A DNA stretch of 64,000 nucleotides from Chiloscyllium plagiosum (taxonomy: Eukaryota): NCBI RefSeq assembly GCF_004010195.1, contig NC_057749.1:11513540-11577539 (forward strand), written 5' to 3'. Numbering within the stretch: position 1 is the first letter of the stretch; every line of letters starts with the position of its first letter. The position numbers and the translations under genes are program-made. This document shows, piece after piece, positions 50,050-61,312 of this stretch. The notes beneath the pieces are model-generated. The model saw only the letters and a program-made list of their open reading frames with translations, ran no database searches and was not told the DNA's origin.

Positions 50050-50765
50050 TAGAATACAATCCCTGCAGTGTGGAAACAGGCCCATTTGGCCTCGTGAGTC
50101 TACACCGACCCTTCGGAAAGCATTCCACTCAGATCCATTCCCATACATTATCTCTGTAACACTGCATTTCCCATAGTTAACACACCTAACCTAATTCGGA
50201 TATGCCGGTGTTGGACTGGTGTACAAAGTTAAAAATCACACAACATCAGGTTATAGTCCAACAGGTTTAATTGGAAGCACACTAGCTTTCGGAGCGACGC
50301 TCCTTCATCAGGTGATTGTGGAGGGCTCGATCATAACACAGAATTTATAGCAAAAGTTTGCAGTGTGATGTAACTGAAATTATACATTGAAGAATTGATT
50401 AACAGACAATCAATTCTTCAATGTATAATTTCAGTTACATCACACTGCAAATTTTTGCTATAAATTCTGTGTTACGATCGGGCCCTCCACAATCACCTGA
50501 TAAAGGACTATAACCTGGTGTTGTGTGATTTTTAACTTTGTACACCTAACCTACACCTCCCTGGACACGGCAGGGTAATTTAGCATGGCCAGTCCTCCTA
50601 ACTTGCACATTTGTGGACTGTGGGCAGAAGCCAGAGCACCTGGAGGAAACTCATGCAGACATGGGGAGAGCATGCAAATTCCACACAGGCAGTTGCCTGA
50701 GGGCAGAATCAAGTCTAGATCCCTGGTGCTTGAAGCAGCATTGCTAACCACTGAACCACAGTGCC
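50050..50765 (-). mobile_element. V-SINE (HE1-like) split by a PLE hairpin
   Basis: Tail at 50050-50193; body and head resume at 50542-50765. Confidence 0.8.
50194..50541. mobile_element. Fold-back PLE element (family B), 12-bp TSD acacctaaccta
   Basis: TSD at 50182-50193 and 50542-50553; near-perfect arms; minus-strand hammerhead cac-CTGATGA-a-ggagc-gtc-gctcc-GAAA-GCTA-gtg at 50280-50314. Confidence 0.9.
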
Positions 50766-51109
50766 TTTTTTTAGTTTATGCTACATGTGTCCTTAGACCT
50801 AACTACTCTCTGAAATGTCCTAATAAAAATAAAATCATTTAAAATAACTAATCCAAATATTTAAGTTTTCTTCAAAACTGCAATTCAGAATAGGAACTGA
50901 AATTTAAATTGATGTTTATTATGGTTCATGAAAATATAATGTTATTGGTGAGACTTTCAAAACCCATTTAAAGATAGTAAGTAATTCAACTTAGCTGGGT
51001 GTGGACAGTATTTTATGGAAAGTCTTGAAAAGAAATATTTAAAACGGGCATCTAATATTTTTAATGCACTGGGAAGTATGACATTATCATTCAGATGTCG
51101 TCTTCACAG

Positions 51110-51218
51110 GTAAATAATGTGGACTTTGCAAATATCATCCGTGAGGAAGCTGTCCTGTTCCTGCTTGACCTTCCAAAAGGAGATGAGGTCACTATTCTTG
51201 CACAGCAGAAGAAAGATG
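51110..51218 (+). CDS. TJP1: TJP1 exon (approx. 12), end of PDZ3: VNNVDFANIIREEAVLFLLDLPKGDEVTILAQQKKD
   Basis: cacag/gtgagc boundaries; 109 nt. Confidence 0.97.
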
Positions 51219-51439
51219 GTGAGCTGTTCCGTTGTACTTTCTCATTCACTCCAAGCTTGATGTGGAAGCTTCAAAGTGGAAGTTTTAGAATTGTTCCAAA
51301 GCAAGTGTAACCAGTTGTTGAAATTATCCTACAGATCCTTAATGCAAGAAAACTTTAAGTTTGGAAAGAGAAATGTTACTTAAGGAATTGATTGACCTAC
51401 TCCTGTTCCTATTATTAAATTTTCAAATTTGGCCCATCT

Positions 51440-53550
51440 TAGACCAAAGACATGGCAGCAGAAATTAGGCTGTTCAGGCCACCTAGCCTGCTCCGCCATT
51501 CAATCGTGACTGATAAGTTTCTCAACCCATTCTCCCGCTTTCTCCCCATAACCCTTCACTATCAAGAAGCTATCTATCTTTGTCTTAAATATACTCCAGA
51601 ACCTGGCATCCACAGCTTTCTGTGGCAGTGAATCCCATAGATTTGCTACTCTCTGACTGAAGAAGTTTCTTGTGTTCTAAAAGGTCTTCCCTTTACTCTA
51701 AGGCTGTGCCCTCGGGCCCTAGTCTCTCCTACTAATGGAAACATCTTCCCAACATCCACTCTGTCCAGGCCATTCAGTATTTAAACTTTCAATTACATCC
51801 CCCATCATCCTTTCAAACTCCATCGAGAATAGACCCAGAGTCATCAAATGTTCCTCTTATGTTAAGCTTTTCATTCCAGGGACCATTCTCGTGAAACTCT
51901 TCTGAACACTGTCCATGGCCAATACATCATTCTTGAGATATGGGACCCAAACCTATGAAACTGCTCCAAATGTGGTCTGATTAGACCATCAGAAGTACAT
52001 CCCTGCTTTTATATCTCAGAATAAATGCCATTGTTACATTTGTCTTCCTAACTACTGATTCAACCTGCAAGTTTAATTTGAGGGAATCTTGGACAAGAAC
52101 TCCCAAGTCTTTTTGCACTTCAGACTTCTGAATGTTCCCCCCCCTTTAGAAAATAGTCCATGCCTTTGTTCTTTCTACTAAGGTGCATGACCACACGTTT
52201 TCCCACATTGTACTCCATCTGTCACTTCTGTGCCAACTCTCCCAACCTATCCAAATCTTTCTGCAGCATCCCCACCTCCTCAGTGCTACCTATCTTTGTA
52301 TCGTCTGCAAACTTAGCCTGAATGCCCTTGGTTCCTTCATCGAGATCTTTAATGTGAAAAGATGTGATCCCAACACTCGCGGAACACCACTTGTCACTGG
52401 CTGGCACCCTGAGAAGGGCCTTTTTATCCCCATTTTTCGTCTTTCTGCCAGATAGCCGGGTTTCTATCCATGCTGGCACCGTACCTGTAGACCATGGAGC
52501 CCTTGCCTTACTCATTAGTCACCTTGTCAAAGGTCACCTTGAGTCTAAGTAGATAACATCCATTGGTTCTCCTTGGTCTAATCTGCTTGTTACTCCCTCA
52601 AAGAATTCTGGAAGATTTGTCAGGCATGATCTACCTTTGATGAAACCATGCTCACTCTGCCCTATTTTACCATATGCTTCAAAGTATTCAGAAATCTCAT
52701 CCTTCGCAATGGGTTCCAGGATCCTACCCATGTCCAAGGTTAGGTTAATTGGTCTGTAATTTTCCGTTTTCTGCCTTATTCCCTTTTTAAACATGGTTGT
52801 TGCATTAACAATTTTCTAGTCCTCTGGGACCTTTCTGATTCTAGTGATTCCTGAAAGGTTGCCACTGACCCTTCCACTATCTCTTCAGTTTTGTCTCTTA
52901 GAACTTTAGGGTGCAGTCCATCTGGTCCAAGTCATTTATCCACCTTCAGGCCATTCAGTTTTCTAGCACCTTCTCCTTGGTGATGGCCGCTATACTCAGC
53001 CCTGCCCCCTTACTCTCTAACTTCTGGGAAATTACTCTTGTCTTCCACTGTGAAGACTGATACGAAGTAATTATTCAGTTCCTTAGCCATTTCCTTGTTC
53101 CCCATTACTATCTCATCTATATTATTTTCCAGCAGACCACTGTCCACTTTTCCCTTTCTTTTGTTCTTTATATATCTAAAGAAACTCTGACAGTCTACCT
53201 TTACATTACTGGCTTGCTTACCCTCATTTTTAATCTTCTCCCTTTTTTTTGTTTGTACCCTCTTGGTCTTTGTAAGCTTCCCAATCCTCTGGTTTCCCAC
53301 TGCCCTTTGCCACATTATATGCTTTCTCTTTGATGCTATCCCTGACCTCCCTAGTCACCTGTGGGTTGCCTCATCCTCCCTGTGTCATTCTTCTTTTTCT
53401 GTAGGATGAATCTCTGCTGTGTCTCCTGAATTACTTCCAGAAGCTCTTGTCATTGCTGTTCCACTGTCTTTCGTGCTAGGCTCCTTTCCCAGTCGATTCT
53501 GCCCAGTTGCTCCCTCATGCCTCTGTAGTTTCCTTTTATTCAGCTGAAAT
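51440..53550 (-). mobile_element. CR1-like LINE ORF2, approx. 2 kb
   Basis: ENYRPINLT...HGFIKGRSCLTNL...DVIYLD; FADDTK. Confidence 0.88.
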
Positions 53551-53636
53551 ATTGTTACCTGAGATTGTATTTTTTCTCTCTCAAATTGTCCTTATCTTAA
53601 ATGCTGCTTTCATAGCACATTATTTATTTGTTCTAG

Positions 53637-53856
53637 TTTACCGGCGTATTGTGGAATCTGATGTGGGCGATTCTTTCTACATACGGACTCACTTTGACTA
53701 TGAAAAGGAATCGCCGTATGGTTTAAGTTTTAACAGAGGCGAGGTATTCCGAGTGGTGGATACACTGTATAATGGGAAGCTGGGTTCCTGGCTTGCAATT
53801 CGAATTGGCAAAAACCATAAGGAGGTGGAAAGGGGCATCATTCCAAACAGAAACAG
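53637..53856 (+). CDS. TJP1: TJP1 exon (approx. 13), SH3: [73 protein letters not shown]
   Basis: tctag/gtgtgt boundaries; 220 nt. Confidence 0.97.
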
Positions 53857-54099
53857 GTGTGTGATCAGAACTTACACCCAGTGAACATTTTTGTTTTTGT
53901 TAATATGATTTTATATCTATGGTAAAACGTGAGGAATTCCCACCTAAAATTACAGGATTTTACTATTGTCAATGAAATGTCCCAGTAGCAGCCTGGAGAA
54001 AAGATGGATTGGAATGAAACCAAAGCAGTCAGGGTTAGGGCTTTGTTTGTTTGTCAAACCAATATATTTGTAAGGATTGTTTTAAAACAGAATTTACAT

Positions 54100-56480
54100 A
54101 CAGTCATAGAGATGTGTAGCAGGGAAATTGATCCTTTGGTTTAGCTCATCCATGCCGACCAGATATCCTAAATAAATCTAGTCCCATTTGTCAGCATTTG
54201 GCCCATATCCCTCTGAACCTTTCCAACGACATGCCCATCTAGATGCCTTTTAAATGTTGGAATCATACCAGCCTCCATCACTTTATCTGGCAACTCATTC
54301 CATACACTCAGCACTCCCTGCATGGAAAATTGCCTATTGAGTCTCTTTTAAATCTTTCCCCTCTCACCGTAAACCTACACCCTCTAGTTTAGGATTCCTC
54401 CTACAGGGTAATAAATCTTGTCTATTTACCCTAACTGTGCCCCTCATGATTTTATAAATCTCTAGAAGGTTATGTCTCAACTTCTAGCACTGTATGGAGA
54501 ATAGCCCCAGTCTGTTCAGCCTCTCCCTATAGCTCAAACCCTCCGACCCTGGCAACATGTTTGTAAATCTTTTCTGAATCCTTTCAAGTTTCACAATGTG
54601 CTTCCTTTTGCAGGGAGACTAGAACTGCATGCAGTATTCCAAGAATGGCCTAATCAATATCCTATACAGCTGCAATATGACCTCCCAACTCCTATATTTG
54701 ATGCTCTGACCCAGGAAAGGAAAACAAACCAAATGTTGTCTTCACTATCCTACCTGCGACTCCACTTTCAAGGTGCCATGTATCTGCGCTCCAAGGTCTC
54801 TTTGTTAAGCAACACTCCCCAGGACCTTAGCATTAAGTGTATAAGTCCTGCTAAGATTTGCTTTCCCAAAATGCAGCACCTCACACTTATCTAAATTAAA
54901 CACCATCTGATCAAGATCCCATTGCAGTCTGAGGTAACCTTTGCTATTCACTACACCTCCAATTTTGGTGTCATCTGGAAACTTACTACACTTCCTATGT
55001 TCACGTACAGATCATTTATTTAAATGATGAAAAGCAGTGGACCCAGCACCGATCCTTGTGGCACTCTGCTAGTCATGGGCCTTCAGTCTGAAAAGCAAAC
55101 CTCCACAGCCCTCTGTCTTCTACCTTTGAGCCAGTTCCATATTCAAATAGATAGTTCTCCCTTTCTGGTGTTACCTAACCTTGCTAACGAGCCTATCATG
55201 AGGAAATGTATGGACTGCAGTAGGCGTTTGACATAGATCATGTTCACTGTTCTGCCTCATCAATCCTCTTTGTTACTTTGTCAAAGTTTGTGAGACATGA
55301 TTTCCCATGCACAATGTTAACTATCCCTAATCAGTCCTTGCTTTTCCAAATACATATAAATCCTGCCCCACAGGATTCCCTCCAACAACTTGCCCATCAC
55401 CAATGTCAGGCTAACCGGTGTATACTTTTCTTAAATAGTGACACCGTGTTAGCCAACCTCCCCTCTTCTGTCACCTTGCCTATGGCTATCGATGATACAA
55501 ATATTGCAGCAAGAGATCCAGCAATCTCTTCCCTGAGCTTCGCATACAGCTCTAGGTACACCTGACCAGGTCCTGGGGATTTATGCACCTTTATACATTT
55601 TGGACATTTTTCAAGATGTCTCTATTTATTTCTCCACGTTCGCTATCTTTCATATCCATCTCCACAATAAACACTGATGGAAAATACTCATCTAGTATCT
55701 CCCCCATCTGTTGTAGTTCCACACATCGTTGACTGTGCTGATCTTTAAGAGACCCTAATCTCTCCCTAGTTATCCTTTTGTCCTTAATGTATTTGTAGAA
55801 TCCCTTTGGATTCTCCTTAACCCTATTTGCTAAAGCTACCTCATGTCCTCATTTACCCTCCTGATTTCCTCCTACTTGCCTTTATACTTTTCTAGTGAAT
55901 TACTAGATTTCTGCTGTATATACCTAACATATGCTTCCTTCCTATTCTTGTCTAAAACCTCAATTTCTCTAGTGATCCAGCATTCCCTCCACCTCCCAGC
56001 CTTGCCGTTCACACTAACAAGAACATACTGTCTCTGGAATCTTACTGCGTCATTTTTGAAGGCTTCCGATTTTCTAGCCCCCTGTCTTTACCTGTGAACA
56101 TCCGCCCCCAATCAAGGTTTGAAAGTTCTTGCTTAATGCTGTCAAAATTGGCCTTCCTCCAGTTTAAAACCTCAACTTTTAGATCTAATCTATTCTTTTC
56201 CATCACTACTTTAAAACTAGTACAATTATGGTCACTGGCTGCAAAATACTCCCCCACTGACACCTCAGTAACTTTTTAATTCCCAAGAGTAGATGCAACT
56301 TCATTCATAAATACATCTACATCAGATACTGTGTTAGACAATATTTGTGTACACACTTAACAAATTTCTCTTCATCCAAGCCCTTAACACTATGTCAGTG
56401 TCAGTCTATGTTTTGAAAGTTAAGATCCCCTACCATAACTGCCCTTTTACTCTTACAGATAACTGAGGTCTCCTTACAAA
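54100..56480 (-). mobile_element. CR1-like LINE ORF2, approx. 2.4 kb
   Basis: SDHN endonuclease motif, NWRKANFD, KSPGPG...REEIAG; CR1 tail at 54100. Confidence 0.85.
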
Positions 56481-56594
56481 TTAAGTGCTCAAGAAAAAGA
56501 TTAACTCCACCATCAAGTCATTGTTTAGATCTATGGTTTAACTACTGAGTAACTTGATTAATATTATGTACTTTTCATACATTGTGCTAACCAG

Positions 56595-56779
56595 AGCTGA
56601 ACAGATGTCTAGTGTGCAGTACACACTACCCAAGACTGCTGGTGGGGATCGGGCGGACTTTTGGCGGTTTCGTGGACTTCGTAGTTCAAAGAGAAATTTG
56701 AGAAAAAGCAGAGAAGATCTTGCAGCTCAGCCAGTTCATACCAAGTTTCCAGCTTATGAGAGAGTAGTCCTTCGAGAAG
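56595..56779 (+). CDS. TJP1: TJP1 exon (approx. 14), U5 region: [62 protein letters not shown]
   Basis: accag/gtaaag boundaries; 185 nt. Confidence 0.97.
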
Positions 56780-57633
56780 GTAAAGGGAAAGGAACTGAGT
56801 GTTTACTGGGGTGAGCAAAATCACTCTCTGCTCACTTGGGGAGAGACCCTGTCAACCTCATTTTCTTTATTATTTGTTCTCGATGGGAGTACGTAAAATC
56901 AATTCCATTTCATCAGAATTTCCTTTAGAAAGGACAGTTAAACTTAATTCACATGTAATCGAACCAATCAGTATTGATTCTCTTAAGTATTAGGTTGTGA
57001 TTAATTTAAATAAATGAATACCTCAACCTTTTGGGAAACATTGAAGATTGTTGAAGCTGGTGTAATCTCAAAGGTTTTGCCTTTACCTGGTCCCTGACCA
57101 GGGCAGGAGTACGTCATACCTCACTCAGACAGTTGACAGGAAGCAGAGAGCCGGCAGATGGAGTACATCAAAATACTTGCTGTTCCTATTGCAGCATTGG
57201 TCACTGTTCCCAACAGACTAGAGATATGATTACCAATAGATTGGGGATATGATTACCACTTTATGCAGTTTTGTGTGTTGCTGAGAAAAACACTTTTAAA
57301 TGAAGACATGTAAATGATTGTTATTGTAGTGCCTGATTTGCATGTTCAATCCTGGAATGATTAAATCCACTGATGTGCAGATGTCTTTGAGATTTTTAAT
57401 CTTTGTCAGTTATACATCTATCAGTCCTATACATTGTAAATGCCTTTGGTCCCATATTTCCTCCTGTCCTCCTCCCTCCCCCGAATTAATAGCTTTTTTT
57501 CATCTTTTCTAGGCCGGATGTAGTGCAAATTCAATGTCTAAACAAGTCAAATTGTGTTTAAATAATTAACAGTGATTTACAATATACAATGTACAATATT
57601 GCTTATGATAATTTTGGGTTATCTTTTTTAAAG

Positions 57634-58376
57634 TTCTGTTCACCGAGCTGGGAATTTGTGTAGCAGACGTTTCGTCCCCTGTCTAGGTGACATCCTCAGT
57701 GTTTGGGAGCCTCCTGTGAAGCTCTTCTGTGATGTTTCCTCTGGCATTTATAGTGATTTGTCTCTACTGCTTGCGATTGTCAGTTCCAGCTGTCAGTTCC
57801 AGTTGTCCGTTGCAGTGGCCGGTATATTGGGTCCAGGTCGATGTGCTTATTGATTGAATCTGTGGATGAGTGCCATGCCTCTAGGAATTCCCCGGCTGTT
57901 CTCTGTTTGGCTTGTCCTATAATTGTAGTGTTGTCCCAATCAAACTAATGTTGCATGTCATCTGCGTGTGTGGCTACGTAGGATAGCTGGTTGTGTCGTT
58001 TCGTGGATAGCCACACACACAGATGACACGCAACATGAGTTCGACTGGGACAACACTACTATTATAGGACAAGCCAAACAGAGAACAACCAGGGAATTCC
58101 TAGAGGCATGGCACTCATCCACAGATTCAATCAATAAGCACATCGACCTGGACCCAATATACCGACCACTGCAACGGACAGCTGGAACAGGCAACCGGAA
58201 GTGGCAGAGACAAACCACTATAAATGCAGGAGGAAACATCACAGAAGCGCTTCACAGGAGGCTCCCAAGCACTGAGGATGTCACCTAGACAGGGGACGAA
58301 ACGTTTGTAACACAAATTCTCAGCTCGGCGAACAGAACCACAATGAGCACCCAAGCTACAAATTTTCTCACAAACT
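57634..58376. mobile_element. Fold-back PLE element (family C) inserted at the TJP1 exon-15 acceptor; TSD ttatct(6-7)aaag
   Basis: TSD at 57619-57633 and 58377-58392; arms 57634-57976 and 58008-58337; GIY-YIG C-terminus HEFDWDNTTII...REFLEAWHS; hammerheads at 57663-57702 (-) and 58269-58308 (+). Confidence 0.92.
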
Positions 58377-58392
58377 TTATCTTTTTTTAAAG

Positions 58393-58488
58393 CTGGTTTC
58401 CTGAGGCCAGTAGTCATCTTTGGACCTCTTGCTGATGTTGCTCGAGAGAAACTTGGACGGGAAGAACCAGATTTGTACGAAATTGCAA
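58393..58488 (+). CDS. TJP1: TJP1 exon (approx. 15), start of [35 protein letters not shown]
   Basis: ttaaag/gtaaga boundaries; 96 nt; the acceptor is the second copy of a TSD (see findings). Confidence 0.96.
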
Positions 58489-59769
58489 GTAAGATTTTCT
58501 GTTCAGTTCCTTAAAATCATCGTCACTTACTGCGCAGTAGGCCATTTGGCCATCAAAATTAATCTGGCTTCTCACTGCAATCTGGTTCAACTCCCCTACT
58601 CCATAGTCCTTCAAAAGTTCATCCAGTTTTCCTTTGAAATCTATGACTGTTTCTACATTGCATGCCTTTGTGGTCAGCAAGTCTTTATCTGCATTTCTTG
58701 GCAATGATTGGTGTTGGGGAATGTTCTTTTAAGTGAGGTTTGACCTCCGATACTTCATTCAAGTGGCCATAATTCAAATGAGCATGGGTATTAAATTTCA
58801 TAGCTGAGGCTATTTGAGCAGAGCTATCATCATTATGATAGAGACTTACACAGATGCCTGCCAATGTGTTAGCTTCCAGGAGCAGTGTGTATCAGGTATT
58901 AACCTTGGTGTTTCTTAATAACCATAAAAATATGCAACTAAACTGGATATTTCTTGTAATTCACCATATTGCAAAGTAATTCATCCCAAAGTTACATTTA
59001 GGTGAGACTCCGCAATGCTGCATTTTATACCAACATTGAGTTAAACTGAACTCTTTCAATTTTGATCTTTTGTCAGTTATATATGTATCAGTCCTATGAA
59101 CTATAAATGTCTTTAATCCCATATTTCCTGTTGTCCTACTCCTCCCCCAGAATAACAATGACCTGATGAATCTTTTCTAGGCCAGATGTGGCACACAACT
59201 CAATGTCCAAAGAAGTCGAATTGTGTTTAAGTAATAAACAGTGTTTTACATTTGAAATTTAGTTCAGGTTCCTAGCGTCCCTTTGTCTGAAGGCAACCTG
59301 CAATTAACCAAGCTTTCTAAGTATGAGTCAACCCAAATGTTTCAAACTGCTAAGTGGAGGTTTAGATCTAATTTCAAGCTACAGTGCGCATACAGTCTTG
59401 TAGGTAGTTCCTTTGCAGACCCAATACTCTCATTTCACTGAACTGAATTTGCTGCAATTTTGTCCCATTAGTATTGATATTTTCTTAGAATTGCAGAAAT
59501 TTACAGCATGGAAGAAAGCCATTCAGCTCAATATATATGCACTGGTCGAAAACAGCTATGCAAATAAATTCCACTTTCAGGCTCTTGGTCTTATTGTCTT
59601 AGAGTGCCTATCCACTTTTTTTCCTCAAAATGTTATGAGGGTTTCTATCTCTGCCACTGTTTCCAGACAGTGAGTTAGTTCCACATCCCATCACTTGCTC
59701 GATGAAATATTTCCCTTTGTAACTCCTCTAAACCTCCTCTCTCTTCTTTTGAATCTATGGTGTCCTGGT

Positions 59770-59945
59770 TATACAGTCATACAACATGGAAACAGACCCC
59801 TCAATCCAACTTGCCCATGCTGACCAAGTTTCCAAAATTAAACTAGTCCAACTTGCCTGTGTTTGGCCCACATCCCTCTAAGCCCTTCCTATTCATGTAC
59901 CTGTCCAAATGTCTTTTAAATGTTGTAACCGTTCCGGCATCTAGA
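59770..59945 (-). mobile_element. CR1-like 3' tail
   Basis: gtcatacaacatggaaacagaccc...; same family as 1480 and 19840. Confidence 0.65.
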
Positions 59946-60044
59946 TCTTTTAAACTAAGCAGAGCAGTGACTTTTTCTATTCACACTATCTAGACCTTTT
60001 AAGCTCCTGTAAGTTGCATCTAGCTGACTCCTTAACATCCTTTT

Positions 60045-60365
60045 GAATCCCTACTGCATGGAAACAGGCCCTTCAGCCCAACAAGTCCACACCGACACTC
60101 TGAAGAGTATCTCAACCAGACCCATTCCCATACATTTTCCCCTGACTCATGCACCTAACCATACATCCCTGAACACTATGGGCGATTTAGCAGGGCCAAT
60201 TAACCTAACCTGCCCATCTTTGGATTGTGGGAGGAAACCGGAGCACCTGGAGAAAACCCATGCAGACACTGGGAGAATGTGCAAACACCACACAGACAGT
60301 TGCCTGAGGCTGGAATCAAACCTGGGTCTCTGGTGCTGCGAGCAGCAGTGCTAACCACTGTGCTA
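60045..60365 (-). mobile_element. V-SINE (HE1-like)
   Basis: Antisense core ggattgtgggaggaaaccggagcacc...gggagaatgtgcaaac and head cagcagtgctaaccactg. Confidence 0.85.
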
Positions 60366-60844
60366 TTGCGAGCTCAGAAAACAACCCAGCCTATCCAATC
60401 TTTCCTCAGTACTAAAATTCTCTCTTCAGGTATTTATGGATTGTAGTGCTTGAGGTATGGTGGATTACAGATTACCGAAGTAAATAAACACCTGAAGATA
60501 AAATTTGTGGAATAAGAGGGAGAGATGGAGAATTGGTTATTTGAGTTATTTATGTATTGTCATGTATTTAGAAAAGTAGTGAAAAATTTATTGTTGCTAC
60601 AATCCAGCACTATTTTGAGTTATAAAAAAAATTGCATAAATAGAGTTCATCCTCTGTATAAGGGGTACTAGCTGAATTGCTCTTGGAAAGAGCTGGAATA
60701 GACTTGACGGGCTAAATTGTTTACTGCTTTAATGTATAATATTCTGATGAATGAAGGGGAGTTAAGTGAATTGGAAATGAGACAAAAGTTTAATTGTTTG
60801 ACTTTAAACTGTTCTGCTTTTCAAATGGCATTATTTGATCACAG

Positions 60845-60927
60845 GGAGTGAGCCCAGAGATGCTGGCACTGATCAACGCAGTTCTGGAATTATTCGACTA
60901 CATACAATCAAACAAGTCATTGACAGG
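60845..60927 (+). CDS. TJP1: TJP1 exon (approx. 16), GUK: RSEPRDAGTDQRSSGIIRLHTIKQVIDR
   Basis: cacag/gtaagg boundaries; 83 nt. Confidence 0.97.
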
Positions 60928-61019
60928 GTAAGGTTGATTCCTGTGTCTAAGCAACTTTTGATTGTAAATGAGGTGTACTTCATATTTATAAGTGTCTATT
61001 TGCCTTTGTGTTACATTAG

Positions 61020-61230
61020 GATAAGCATGCAGTATTGGACATTACTCCAAATGCAGTGGACCGTTTGAATTATGCACAGTGGTACCCAATCGTAATTTTC
61101 CTAAATCCTGATTCCAAACAAGGTGTTAAGATCATGCGGCAAAGACTTTGTCCCGAGTCCCGAAAGAGTGCTAGAAAGTTGTTTGAGCGTGCTTTGAAAC
61201 TACGTAAAAACAATCATCATCTATTCACAT
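61020..61230 (+). CDS. TJP1: TJP1 exon (approx. 17), [73 protein letters not shown]
   Basis: attag/gtgagt boundaries; 211 nt; preceded by a 92-nt intron. Confidence 0.97.
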
Positions 61231-61312
61231 GTGAGTATAATACACCATTCCTAAATGTATAGCAAATATTGCTGGACTTTTGTGTAATTGAGGGTTTTAT
61301 ATTTGTATTATA

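Noticed and set aside
53507..53636. ORF running from CR1 sequence into the SH3 exon as an exonised N-terminus
   Set aside because: It has a non-ATG start, and the canonical acceptor at 53636 explains the exon; this is a chance open frame.
3282..58376. Hairpins as DNA-transposon MITEs
   Set aside because: The arms are asymmetric, match PLE ORF and 3' ends, and have long variable TSDs, unlike the fixed short TSDs and flush TIRs of MITEs.
3282..58376. Recurrent palindromic units as a CRISPR array or bacterial terminators
   Set aside because: The context is a eukaryotic intron, the copies are dispersed, and there is no repeat-spacer periodicity or cas gene.
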